Source: an uncultured Spirochaetota bacterium
Lineage (GTDB): Bacteria > Spirochaetota > Spirochaetia > Treponematales > Rectinemataceae
Length of the DNA stretch: 64,000 bases
Reading direction: 5' to 3'
NCBI GenBank assembly: GCA_963778775.1
Contig: CAVZVX010000041.1
Location: 2,959-66,958, forward strand
Shown here: in pieces, positions 54,946-64,000 of the stretch
Position numbering within the stretch: the stretch's first letter is position 1
Layout: each line of letters opens with the position of its first letter
The notes under the pieces: model-generated
Told to the model about the DNA's origin: nothing
Database searches by the model: none
What the model saw: the letters and a program-made list of their open reading frames with translations, nothing else
Translations under genes and position numbers: made by a program

Positions 54946-56529
54946 TCAGCCGAGGACGGGCTCGAGCCCGAAAACGTCCTCGAACATATCGCCCTTCTCG
55001 GCGAGCGACAGTCGCTCGAGCGAGAGATCCGCCGCGCTCGGGGCGCGTATCACGAAGCGCTCCTCGCGACGCTCGAAGACGGCGTCGCGCAGCCGCTGGT
55101 CGTGGCCTCTATCCAGGGCGTCGGCGACGCGGATGATGGCGGCGAGCTTCAGCACGACGATCCTGTCCTCGCGCGGCAGGGCGATGAAGTTTACGTGCGT
55201 GCTCGCCGGCGGCGCCTTGCGATGGTAGCGCACGACGTTGGCGACGATGGTCAGGTCGCCTCGGTTGAGCCCGAATATCTCCGAGTTGGCGACGATGTAC
55301 TCGCCGTGCTTGTGGTGGCCGGAGGTCTTGATGAAGGTGCCGATGTCGTGGAGAAGGCCCGCGACCTCGATGAGGAGGCGCTCGCGGCTCCCCAGGCCGT
55401 GCTCGCGGACGAGAGCGTCGTATATCGCGAGCGAGAGGTCGGCGACCTGGCGCGCGTGGGACTCGTCGTAATGGAATTTGCGCCCGAGCGAGGCGGCGCT
55501 CGCGATGACCTGGGCGCGCATCTCCGCCTCTATTCCCGCGTCGGGGCCCAGGGACGTGGAAAGGAGGAGGCCTTCGCGGATGGACACGTTCGGCACCACG
55601 ACCCTTTCGGCGCCGGTCCGCTCGAGGAAGAGCCTCTCGATGGAGAGGGAGGAGCCTATCCCCTCCGCGTCGGACCAGGGCACGCGAAGCCTCGCGACGC
55701 AGTCCTCGGGCGACAACCCCGCGACCTCGTCGGCGAAGGCGATGAAGGCGGCGCGGCCGATGACGGAATAGTCCTCGCCTCCTTCCGCGATGCTCCCGAC
55801 GGGAGCGAGCCTCGCGGCGGCGAGCCTCGCGTCGCTGCCGATCACGATGAAGGTCTTTATCGACTCGAGCGGCAGCTCCGCGTCGAGGTGGTCGCAGGTA
55901 GTGCGTACGTTGTCCTCGAGGAATTGGCGGAGATAGGAGTGCGATACACCGGCTCCGCGGACCTGCTCGTCGATGCGGACCGTGCCTATCCTGAGGGAAT
56001 GGGCGCCGGCCATGCGTCCGCGCCTGAGCAGCATGATCTCGGTGGATCCGCCGCCGACCTCGAGGATGATGGCGTTCGAGCGGGACAGGATCTTGCGCTC
56101 GTCCTGCAGGGCATGCTGCACGCCGAGGTACATGAGGTGGTTCTCCTCGATGTCCTCGACGATCGTGACCTTGAAGCCGGTCTGCAGGGCGATCCGATCG
56201 ACCAGGGTATCGCGGTTCTGCGCCTCGCGGAGCGCGCTCGTGGCGATGACCCGCACGTCCTTGGGCGTCAGGCCGTAGCCGCGGATGAGCTCGCGGAAGG
56301 CGGCGAGGACGGCCATGCACTCGCGCGCCGCTTCCCGGCTCACCATGCCCGAGGTAAACACGTCGCGGCCGATGCGGCTCTGCTTGCCCGCCCGGTCGAG
56401 GACCTTGAATCCGCCGAGCCCGTCGATCTCGGCGACGACGAGACGAATCCCCGTGGAGCCTATCTCGATCACGGCGACGACCCGCGGCTTTGCGGCGGCC
56501 GGCTTTGCGGCGGCCGGCTTTGCGGCCAC
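54946..56529 (-). CDS. ppx: Exopolyphosphatase (Ppx/GppA) with a C-terminal HD domain
   Basis: VAVIEIGSTGIRLVVAEI...LEVGGGSTE..., and the HD region LLHDIGTFI. GTG 56529 was chosen because the longer ORF would overlap the upstream kinase gene. The N-terminus carries AAAKP x3. Confidence 0.8.
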   Translation of the reverse strand: MAAKPAAAKPAAAKPRVVAVIEIGSTGIRLVVAEIDGLGGFKVLDRAGKQSRIGRDVFTSGMVSREAARECMAVLAAFRELIRGYGLTPKDVRVIATSALREAQNRDTLVDRIALQTGFKVTIVEDIEENHLMYLGVQHALQDERKILSRSNAIILEVGGGSTEIMLLRRGRMAGAHSLRIGTVRIDEQVRGAGVSHSYLRQFLEDNVRTTCDHLDAELPLESIKTFIVIGSDARLAAARLAPVGSIAEGGEDYSVIGRAAFIAFADEVAGLSPEDCVARLRVPWSDAEGIGSSLSIERLFLERTGAERVVVPNVSIREGLLLSTSLGPDAGIEAEMRAQVIASAASLGRKFHYDESHARQVADLSLAIYDALVREHGLGSRERLLIEVAGLLHDIGTFIKTSGHHKHGEYIVANSEIFGLNRGDLTIVANVVRYHRKAPPASTHVNFIALPREDRIVVLKLAAIIRVADALDRGHDQRLRDAVFERREERFVIRAPSAADLSLERLSLAEKGDMFEDVFGLEPVLG

Positions 56530-56570
56530 TGATCGCCCCGAGTACGCGGGGGAATTTCGGGCGCTTTCGC

Positions 56571-57551
56571 TCAATGCGCTGCCTCCGCGGCTTCCAGGGC
56601 CAGGCACGCGGCGCCGGTAGGCACCGAAAGGTCGCCGAGCTCCGAAAGGAGGATTTCGGCCGTGCCGGAGAGGCCCGGCATGAGGTGGGCCTCCATCGAG
56701 GCGATCGCGCGCTCGAGGAATTTCTGGCCGAAGCGCGTGACGACGCCGCCGCCCACGACGATGGCCTCGGGGTTCAGGAGGTGCACGAGGTTGGCGAGAC
56801 CCACCCCGAGCCAGGACGCGGCGCGGTCCACCGCTTTCTTGACGCCCTTGTCGCCGGCCTCGATGGATTCGTAGAGGACGGAGCTCCGGCATTTGCGGAG
56901 GTCCGAGCCCGCGAGGGAATAGAGCGCGGGAGCCTTGCCCGTCGCCGACTGGGCTATGGCATCCTTGGCCATGGCGGTCCGAGAAGCGAGGGCCTCGAGG
57001 CAGCCGTAGTTGCCGCAGCCGCAGGCGGCCCCGCCCTCGTGGAGGATCATGTGCCCGACTTCGCCCGCCGAGCCCGTGGAGCCGCGGTACAGCTTGCCGT
57101 CGATGACGATGCCGCCGCCGATGCCCGTCCCGACGAAGACGCCCACGGCGTTCTGCCTTCCGCGAAGGGCTCCCGCGCGCAGCTCACCGTAGACGCCCGC
57201 CTGCACGTCGTTTTCGAGATAGGTGGGGACGCCGAACATTCCGGCGAGCTCCTGCCCCAATTTATAATCCTTGAACCCCATGCTGGGGGTGAAGCGCACG
57301 ATGCCCTTGGCTCGGTCCAGGGGACCGGGCACGGAAACGCCCACGCCTCCCAGATCGAGGCTCTTGCCGGACGCGGCGATGGCCTTGCGCACGGTTTCGG
57401 TCAACGCGGCTACGATCGACGAGGCATGGGCGTCGCGCGGAGTCTTCGCTTTTTCGGTGGCGAGGACCTTGAGCTTCGAGTCGAAGGCGACGGCCAGTAT
57501 CTTCGTGCCGCCCAGGTCGACGCCTACGTATATCCGTTCGTCCTTGGGCAT
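56571..57551 (-). CDS. ROK-family sugar kinase (glucokinase-like)
   Basis: YVGVDLGGTKI...ENDVQAG...GEVGHM...CGCGNYGCLE (ROK zinc motif). RBS aggag lies before ATG 57551. Confidence 0.85.
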   Translation of the reverse strand: MPKDERIYVGVDLGGTKILAVAFDSKLKVLATEKAKTPRDAHASSIVAALTETVRKAIAASGKSLDLGGVGVSVPGPLDRAKGIVRFTPSMGFKDYKLGQELAGMFGVPTYLENDVQAGVYGELRAGALRGRQNAVGVFVGTGIGGGIVIDGKLYRGSTGSAGEVGHMILHEGGAACGCGNYGCLEALASRTAMAKDAIAQSATGKAPALYSLAGSDLRKCRSSVLYESIEAGDKGVKKAVDRAASWLGVGLANLVHLLNPEAIVVGGGVVTRFGQKFLERAIASMEAHLMPGLSGTAEILLSELGDLSVPTGAACLALEAAEAAH

Positions 57552-57651
57552 GTTTGACTCCTTCCTCGCGGCTTGCCGCCAGGTGATAGAGTATAGCGCA
57601 AAGTCGCGTTCCTTGCAGAAGACCAGCCGCGCGGTGTAGACTCCCTTCATC

Positions 57652-59214
57652 ATGATTCGCCGGCATTTCGGCGGCGCCGCGGCCCTCGGCCTCGCCGCCC
57701 TACTAGCGATCGCGGCTCTCCTCGCCTCCTGCTCTCCTCGTCTCGGCTGGGGGCTCCTCCTCTGGACGGCGCCCGACGGCCCCCTCCCGGCGGGGTCGAT
57801 CGTACCGGTCTACATCAAGTCCAATATACAGAAGGTCTACGTGGTCGGCGTACCCGGTTCCAAGGGCAAGAAGGCCAAGAAGATCGAGCTTCCCCTCTGG
57901 CAGATCGAGCTGTACCCTTCCCGCCGCAAGGCCGTCGCCCGCGTCAAGTCCATGGGCGCCAATGTGAGCCTCTACATGATCGCCGCCCGCGACGGCCTCC
58001 CGCTTCGCGACATGCCCTCGAACTCCGGGAGGCGAGTCTATCGCCTGCGCGAAGGGCAATCGGTCAAGGTCCTCGCGCAGGCCGAGGGGGAAGAGGTGAG
58101 CACCGGCGGTCAGGTCCTGCCGGGATCATGGTACCGGGTGCTCACGGAAGACGGCACGGAGGGCTACGTCTTCAGCTATGCCCTGCGCCTGTACGACGAG
58201 GCCAAGGAAGGGCCTCCGGTCATCGTCTCGGCGAAAGAGGCCCTTTCCGGTCGCGTGGACCTGATCTTCTCCCGCGCCTGGCGGCCGGAGTACTTCCAGG
58301 AAATGCTCGACGATAACCGAATCGACCTCGATTATTTCTCGCTGCGCTTCGGCGTCTTCGTCGATGCGATCCGGAGGCAGGTCAGGATAGAGCTTCCCGC
58401 GGCCTCGAAAGTCTTCGATTACAGCGGAATCTCCGAGACGGATGGGACCTACGTCTTCGAGGGTACGCCGCTGAGGATCCGGATCGAAAGCGACACGCGC
58501 ATGGTCTGCTCGTGGACGGGGGACGACTCCGCCTTCAAGGGCGTCGCGGAGGCCGGGGCGGCCGATGCCGGCGATGCGTATTCCGACGAGGCGGCGACGC
58601 CGGATGCCGTCGCTCCGTCGCGGGCCCCCGAGACGTCGCCGGGAGCCGCCGTTCCGGCCCGGCCTCCCCCCGTCGCTCAAGCCGAGACCGTCGAGAGCTA
58701 CGAGGCTACGGGCTCGAACGGCAGCGCCGTCTTCGTCGTCCTGGCCGCCGATCCTCTCCAGGCCATTCGCCTCGAGGCGCTGCGCCGACAGAATCTCCTC
58801 GTTTCCTTCGTCGACGGAGTCGGCGGTTCGTGGTCGGTCCCCGTCGGGACGGGCTCCGCGACGGCGCAGGATGGGGCCCTTCCGAGCAGGCTCGAGATTC
58901 GCAAGAACGGACGCTTTTCCTGGAAGGGCCGTGGCGGCGCCGCGGCCGCGCTATTCCCCGCCGACGCGGGAGAGGACGGCGACTTGGCTTTCAGGCTATT
59001 CGTCGATCCCGCCATCTCCTCTTCCTGGAGCGGCGCGTTCTCGATCCGTTTCGACCAGGCCGATTCCAGCCATCCCAGATGGTTCAATTTCCTCTACAGG
59101 CGCAGTCCCTCGGGCCTCGTCCTCGCCGCCGCTTCCGTCTCGCCGGGGAGCCTCGACGCGCAAGCCGCCGATCCGCGGACCGAAGCGCTGATCCTGCAGC
59201 CGGCGACGGAGTAG
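57652..59214 (+). CDS. Lipoprotein with a bacterial SH3-like segment (hypothetical)
   Basis: Lipobox LLASCS. ...LREGQSVKVLAQAEGE...GSWYRVLTEDGTEGYVFSYAL resembles SH3b. Confidence 0.6.
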   Translation: MIRRHFGGAAALGLAALLAIAALLASCSPRLGWGLLLWTAPDGPLPAGSIVPVYIKSNIQKVYVVGVPGSKGKKAKKIELPLWQIELYPSRRKAVARVKSMGANVSLYMIAARDGLPLRDMPSNSGRRVYRLREGQSVKVLAQAEGEEVSTGGQVLPGSWYRVLTEDGTEGYVFSYALRLYDEAKEGPPVIVSAKEALSGRVDLIFSRAWRPEYFQEMLDDNRIDLDYFSLRFGVFVDAIRRQVRIELPAASKVFDYSGISETDGTYVFEGTPLRIRIESDTRMVCSWTGDDSAFKGVAEAGAADAGDAYSDEAATPDAVAPSRAPETSPGAAVPARPPPVAQAETVESYEATGSNGSAVFVVLAADPLQAIRLEALRRQNLLVSFVDGVGGSWSVPVGTGSATAQDGALPSRLEIRKNGRFSWKGRGGAAAALFPADAGEDGDLAFRLFVDPAISSSWSGAFSIRFDQADSSHPRWFNFLYRRSPSGLVLAAASVSPGSLDAQAADPRTEALILQPATE

Positions 59215-59217
59215 CCC

Positions 59218-61160
59218 ATGGCCTTCGTGCAATTCACCGGGGTCGGCTTGGCCTTCGGCGCGCGCGAAATACTGAAGGACGCGAGTCTCTTCCTCGCGGA
59301 AGGCACGAGGGCCGCCCTCGCCGGGCCCAACGGCGCTGGCAAGTCCACGCTCATGAAGATCGCATCCGGCATCGTCCGGCCGGATGAGGGCGAATGCGCG
59401 ATCACCAGGGGGGCCCGCATTTCCTATCTCCCCCAAACCGACGTCGTGGTCGGCGAGAACAGCGTCTTCGAGGAAGCCGAGAAGGCCTACGGCTTCGCGG
59501 CCGCCATGCTCGAGCGCCAGGAGGAAATAGGCCGGCTCCTCGAGCGCTCGACTTCGGACGACGACGCGACCTCCCGCCTCCTCGAGGAGCACGGCCGCAT
59601 CCAGGAGGCGGTCGAGGGCTCGGGCTACTGGCGTCGCCGCGATAGGGTCCGCGATATCCTCATGGGCCTCGGCTTTCGCGAGCGCGACCTGGACCGGCCC
59701 GCCGGCGAATTCTCGGGCGGCTGGCAGATGCGCGTCGCCCTCGCCAAGGTCCTCCTCGAGAATCCCGACATCATGCTCCTCGACGAGCCGACCAACTACC
59801 TCGATATCGAGGCGCGAACCTGGCTCGAGGAGTTCCTCGGAAAGTACTCGGGCGGCGTCCTCGTCGTATCGCACGACCGCTACTTCCTCGATACGACCGT
59901 GCGCGAGGTCTACGAGCTCTGGAACGGCAGGCTCTCGCGCTATCCCGGCGGCTATTCGGCCTACGAGGCGAGGAGGGCGCAGGAACTCGAGGCGACCTTC
60001 CAGGCATGGGAGCGTCAGCAGGAGGAGATCCAAAGGCTCGAGGATTTCATCCGCCGCTTCCGTTACCAGGCGACGAAGGCCGCCCTCGTCCAGAGTCGGG
60101 TAAAGCAGCTCGAAAAGACCGTCCCTATCGCGATACCCGAAGGCATGAAGAGGATTCATTTCGCCTTTCCCCCGGCCCCCCACTCGGGCAGGACGACCGT
60201 CAAGATCGAGGGCCTGCGCAAAGCCTATGGCGCGCATCGCGTCATCGAGGGCCTGGACCTGGAGATAGAGCGCGGGATGAAGGTCGCCTTCGTGGGTCCC
60301 AACGGCGCCGGGAAATCCACGCTCATGCGCATCCTCGCGGGCGTCGACCGGGACTACGAGGGTCGGCTCCGATTCGGCTCGGGCGTCGAAGCCTCCTATT
60401 TCGCCCAGGACACGGCGGAGCGCATGGACGGGGACAGGACGGTCGAAGAGGAGGCCGAGTCGCTCTGCCCCACCGACCTCCTGCCGAAGATCCGCAATCT
60501 CCTCGGCGCCTTCCTCTTCCGCGGCGACGACATCGAGAAGAGCGTCCGCGTCCTCTCGGGGGGGAACGCTCGCGCCTCGCCCTTCTCAAGATGCTGCTGC
60601 ATCCGGCCAACCTTCTCATCCTCGACGAGCCCACCAATCATCTCGACCTGACGTCCAAGGACGTCCTCCTCGAGGCGCTCGAGTCCTTCGCCGGCACGGT
60701 GCTCTTCGTCTCCCACGACAGGCTCTTCATAGAGGAGCTGGCCGACCGCGTCCTCGAGCTGGAAGACGGCGCAAGCCCGCGCTGGTATGTCGGCGATTAC
60801 CGCTATTACCTGGAGAAGAAGGCATCGCTCGAGGCGGCGGCCGACGGCGTACCCGGCCCTGGCGCGCCGTCCCGGCCGGAGGCGGACGCGCGAAGCGGGT
60901 CGGCCTCCGGCTACGGCGAGGACAAGGCCCGCAAGGCGCGTTCGCGTAAGCTTCAAAGGCGCGAAGAGGAGATACTGGCCCGTCTCGAGGCTATCGGGGC
61001 GCAGAAGGCCGCCGCCGAGCGCGAAATGGGTCTGCCCGCCAACTATTCCGACGGCGGCAGGATGAAGCGCCTCGCGGCCGGGATCGAGGAGCTCGACCGC
61101 GAAGCGGCGGCCCTGAACGAGGAGTGGGAACTCGTGGCGGCCGAACTTGCCTCGACATAA
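59218..61160 (+). CDS. ABC-F family ATPase (Uup-like), with a frameshift in a G7 run
   Basis: Two Walker A motifs GPNGAGKST, first signature FSGGWQMR. The second signature reads LSGG then shifts. G7 at 60558..60564 would need to be G8 to give [32 protein letters not shown]. C-terminal coiled coil. Confidence 0.85.
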
Positions 61161-61248
61161 TTCTTTTTGCGAATGTGGACATTTCCCGTTGGCCGGTCTA
61201 TACTATTTTCACAATTAACGCATAGTCCTACGACCAAGGAGTGACCTT

Positions 61249-61533
61249 ATGGAATCCAGGAACGGTCTGATAACCTTCGGAATCTTCGTCCTGCTGTCCG
61301 TATTCACCTTCGTGTTCTGCGTCGACGCGCTCTCGATTCCAAACACCACCTACGGGATCCTTGCGATCATCGGCTACGTCGTCATAATCGCCGCCTCTTT
61401 TTTCAACGGTTTTACCGCCAGGAAGAACGGCGAGGCCCTCGGCGTCTGGTTTACCAGCTGGGCGATTCTCGTTTCGATCGTTTTCGTTTGGTACCTTACC
61501 CGCTGCGGAACCGCCTTTAAATTCTGGTCCTAG
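61249..61533 (+). CDS. Small membrane protein (3 predicted TM segments)
   Basis: 94-aa hydrophobic ORF. TCTATACT box at about 61197 and RBS aaggag upstream. Confidence 0.5.
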   Translation: MESRNGLITFGIFVLLSVFTFVFCVDALSIPNTTYGILAIIGYVVIIAASFFNGFTARKNGEALGVWFTSWAILVSIVFVWYLTRCGTAFKFWS

Positions 61534-61556
61534 GCGAAAGCGCCCTTCTTTCGCAT

Positions 61557-61598
61557 CGAGAAGGCCGCCGCATCCCTCGGGATGCGGCGGCCTTCTCG
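61557..61598. terminator. Long perfect hairpin between convergent genes (bidirectional terminator candidate)
   Basis: cgagaaggccgccgcatccc / gggatgcggcggccttctcg, read directly. Confidence 0.65.
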
Positions 61599-61620
61599 AT
61601 GCGGTCGTGGCTTTTGCGCG

Positions 61621-62016
61621 TCACTTCTTGGCAGGAAGCTTCTCCGCTATGGATTCCAGCACCTTTTTAGCCAGGACCGAGTAGCGTTGGGGGAGAGTCG
61701 ACCCGTCGGGGCCTGAATACTGGGCGAGAAGGGCCTCGAAGGCCGCCTTCGCGGCGGTGTAGTGCCCTTCCTTGTACGCGATGAAGGCGATCTCGTATTC
61801 GGAGGTCGTCATATACAGCGGATCGGCGCCGAAGCGATCGTTCAGAGCCTCGTAATACGCGATCGCCGCCTTGTAATTATAGACGTCGGAAGCTTCCTGC
61901 GCGCGCTGGACGAGCTCTCGGGCGCTGAGTCCCTGAGGAATTACCTTGGGAGCGCCCGCGCAAGCGAAGAATAGAGACGCGGCGAGGGCCGCGGTTACGA
62001 TGAATCGGGTTTTCAT
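61621..62016 (-). CDS. Small TPR-like lipoprotein
   Basis: Lipobox LFFACA. Helical text YNYKAAIAYYEAL...IAFIAYKEGHYTAAKAAFEALL. ATG 62016 chosen within the longer track ORF. Confidence 0.6.
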   Translation of the reverse strand: MKTRFIVTAALAASLFFACAGAPKVIPQGLSARELVQRAQEASDVYNYKAAIAYYEALNDRFGADPLYMTTSEYEIAFIAYKEGHYTAAKAAFEALLAQYSGPDGSTLPQRYSVLAKKVLESIAEKLPAKK

Positions 62017-62027
62017 GGAACCTTCCG

Positions 62028-62357
62028 TCAGGGCGTATATAGTTCGTCGGTGCTGGGCAGAAACTTGCGCAGGTCCTTGATGAACTCCGTCGCATCGCCC
62101 ATGTCCTCGTACGAGTCGCAATTCTCTATATTGCGCCGGGCGACGGTGAAGTACTTGTAAATCTTCTCGTCGCCGAGCTTCTTGCGCCATTTGCCGGCGT
62201 CGCAGCGCACGCGCAGGCGGTAGCTGCCTTCGGAATCGGCAGGCGCGGGAACCAATTTGCAATGGATGCAATTGGCGCAAAAGATTCGCCCGCTCGATTC
62301 CATGACCTCGGATTCGGTCGTTTCGACCGATGGAGAGAGGTATTCGTAGCCTTCCAT
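62028..62357 (-). CDS. Cys-rich small hypothetical protein
   Basis: 109-aa ORF with CANCIHC...C...C spacing. Probably co-transcribed with the lipoprotein gene 11 nt downstream. Confidence 0.45.
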   Translation of the reverse strand: MEGYEYLSPSVETTESEVMESSGRIFCANCIHCKLVPAPADSEGSYRLRVRCDAGKWRKKLGDEKIYKYFTVARRNIENCDSYEDMGDATEFIKDLRKFLPSTDELYTP

Positions 62358-62437
62358 GCCCGCTTGCCTCCTCGTTGGGCGATTATGCTATACTCTCATC
62401 GGCGCGGTCAAGGCGCGCCATAAGGGAAGACCCCCGA

Positions 62438-63136
62438 ATGCTTGCGACAGTCATCAATGCCCTCGCCATCGTCGTGGGCTCCCTGATCGGCATATTCCTG
62501 AGGAAAGGCCTTTCGAAGCGCTTCGAGACGGCTATCTTCACGGCAGCCGGCGTCACGACCATCGTCATAGGAATCCAGATGGCCCTCAAGACGAAACATA
62601 TCCTCGCTTTCGCCCTTGCCCTGATAGTCGGCGGTCTGGCCGGGACGGCCTTGAAAATAGAAGATGCGGTCCTGAGCTTCGGCGAACGGCTGAAAAATCG
62701 ATTCGCGCATGGGGAAGCAAGCGCCAATTTCGCCATCGGCTTTCTCAACGCATCGGTACTCTACTGCTCCGGAGCCATGGCAATAATCGGGTCTTTCAAA
62801 GCCGGCACCGAGGGCGATTACAACATTCTGTTCACCAAGAGCATTCTCGACGGGACGATCTCCATCCTCTATGCGAGCGCAATGGGTTTCGGAGTCGCAT
62901 TCGCGGCCGTTTCGGTGCTGCTTTATCAAGGCCTCCTCACCTTGCTTTCCATTTGGCTCAAACCCTTCGTAAGCCCGCTCATGCTTGCCGAGCTTACCGG
63001 AATAGGCGGGGCCTTCGTGCTGATGATCGGCTTGAATCTACTGGATATCAAAAAACTCAAAACAGGCGATTTCCTCCCGGCCCTTGTCTTTACCATACTC
63101 TTCGTCCTCGCTATGCCCTATGTAACCTTCCTTTGA
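62438..63136 (+). CDS. DUF554-family membrane protein
   Basis: MLATVINALAIVVGSLIG... multi-TM text typical of DUF554, from memory. TGCTATACT box at about 62387. Confidence 0.75.
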   Translation: MLATVINALAIVVGSLIGIFLRKGLSKRFETAIFTAAGVTTIVIGIQMALKTKHILAFALALIVGGLAGTALKIEDAVLSFGERLKNRFAHGEASANFAIGFLNASVLYCSGAMAIIGSFKAGTEGDYNILFTKSILDGTISILYASAMGFGVAFAAVSVLLYQGLLTLLSIWLKPFVSPLMLAELTGIGGAFVLMIGLNLLDIKKLKTGDFLPALVFTILFVLAMPYVTFL

Positions 63137-63246
63137 ATCGGAGGTTACATTGTTGTCTGTGATTGAAGCGATGGTCTTGGAGTTAACTGTCTTTTTTGCA
63201 TCTGTTGACATTTTTCTTCGTTTTCTGTAGATTCCTTCTACCGCGT

Positions 63247-63319
63247 CGCAGGGTAGAGCAGTTGGCAGCTCGTCGGGCTCATAACCCGGAGGTCGCAGGT
63301 TCGAGTCCTGCCCCTGCTA
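63247..63319 (+). tRNA. tRNA-Met (anticodon CAT), initiator-like
   Basis: Manual fold: acceptor CGCAGGG/CCCTGCT with an unpaired C1-U72. D stem GAGC/GCTC. Anticodon stem with three G-C pairs (GGG/CCC) flanking loop CTCATAA. T arm GCAGG-TTCGAGT-CCTGC. No encoded CCA. Confidence 0.85.
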
Positions 63320-63385
63320 TAGGCTTCTGATGCACTTCAAAGTTCAACAGCTATTGGGTTAATTCCTGATGAAGCCGAAAGTTAA

Positions 63386-63419
63386 GGCCCTGGAGCAATC
63401 CGGGGCCTTTGCTTTATTT
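63386..63419 (+). terminator. Candidate rho-independent terminator after the tRNA
   Basis: ggccctgg-agcaat-ccggggcc (one G-T pair) followed by tttgctttattt. Confidence 0.5.
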
Positions 63420-63437
63420 ATCCGCAAGACGCAGCCA

Positions 63438-64000
63438 TTATTGGGATAAGATGACCCGGTTTCGACCCTCTTCTTTCGCCCGGTACATCGCGCGATCGGC
63501 CATGCCGATCAAATCGTCGACGGACCCGCAGTCTATCGCCCGGCAGCTCGCTACGCCGAAGCTGGCGGTGACTGCCTTCCCTATACCCGCGAAGCTATGG
63601 CTCTCGAGGTTAGCGCGTAGTCTCTGCGCAACGTCGAGCGCGACTGTTTCGATCGTATTGGGGAGGAGGGCGATCATTTCCTCTCCGCCGAAGCGACAGA
63701 GTATATCCTCCCGCCTGACTCCTTTTTTTAGCACCTCTACCATTTCGCGGAGGATATCGTCTCCCTTGAGATGCCCGAAACGGTCGTTGAAGTCCTTGAA
63801 ATGATCGATATCGGCGAGTATCAGCGCGATCGGCTGGCCTTGATCGGCTAGGCTCGCGAGCATCTTTGAACCGAGGCGCGCGAAGCTCCGTCGGGTCAGG
63901 AGCCCCGTAAGCGGATCGGTACTCGCCTCGATCATGAGCTCGTGGTATTTCCCCTCGGCGGACAGTTCGACGGCCAGAATGTCTCCGAAGGCCATCGCTG
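63438..64000 (-). CDS. GGDEF-domain diguanylate cyclase, C-terminal part (5' end probably beyond the window)
   Basis: DPLTGLLTRRSF...ILADIDHFKDFNDRFGHLKGD...RFGGEEMIALL...ADRAMYRAKEEGRNRV. Confidence 0.85.
   Translation of the reverse strand, partial: AMAFGDILAVELSAEGKYHELMIEASTDPLTGLLTRRSFARLGSKMLASLADQGQPIALILADIDHFKDFNDRFGHLKGDDILREMVEVLKKGVRREDILCRFGGEEMIALLPNTIETVALDVAQRLRANLESHSFAGIGKAVTASFGVASCRAIDCGSVDDLIGMADRAMYRAKEEGRNRVILSQ

Noticed and set aside
56485-56529. 15-bp x3 tandem repeat (AAAKP x3) at the predicted Ppx N-terminus.
   Set aside because: It is a short low-complexity stretch at an uncertain start codon. It may lie partly in the 5' UTR, so evidence for a function is insufficient.

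Overview
GC-rich bacterial chromosomal segment. G+C was judged by eye, not computed. Gene content (type III glutamine synthetase, cyclophilin-FKBP fusion lipoprotein, an M23-bactofilin-DUF327-PSP1 block, many lipoproteins and outer-membrane barrels) suggests a spirochaete-like diderm, but this is inference only. I support about 75 protein genes, one tRNA-Met, an FMN riboswitch, a cobalamin riboswitch, one clear sigma-54 promoter and several repeat arrays.

Core blocks:
- trpS and alr-proC
- a GAF/sigma-54 activator, a -24/-12 promoter and glnN
- an OmpR/HK two-component pair and a PtsN-like EIIA
- ribD-ribE-ribBA-ribH behind an FMN riboswitch
- a B12 riboswitch, a TonB-dependent receptor and a beta-propeller lipoprotein
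- rlmE, htpG, M23-bactofilin-DUF327-PSP1, ppk1-ppx-ROK kinase and an ABC-F ATPase

Two accessory patches:
- About 17.9-27.3 kb: MNT/HEPN, an AAA-ATPase/PD-(D/E)XK gene bracketed by 78-bp direct repeats, a lower-GC OMP-lipoprotein-OMP cluster, AbrB/ParE, HEPN/MNT, gene relics and mqsRA.
- About 34.8-37.9 kb: HI0074/NTase, VapBC, a phased repeat array, Phd plus a decayed PIN gene, and an unknown gene pair.

The most unusual candidate is a co-transcribed pair of soluble proteins at 14770-16289. One looks like the cytoplasmic loop of the MotA stator. The other looks like repeated FliG C-terminal domains.

Caveat: at least five conserved genes are split by single-base indels in G/C runs. Homopolymer assembly error is therefore likely, and any pseudogene or phase-variation call needs read-level confirmation. 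No transposase, integrase, CRISPR array, rRNA or prophage genes were seen. All family assignments are from motif recognition, not database searches.
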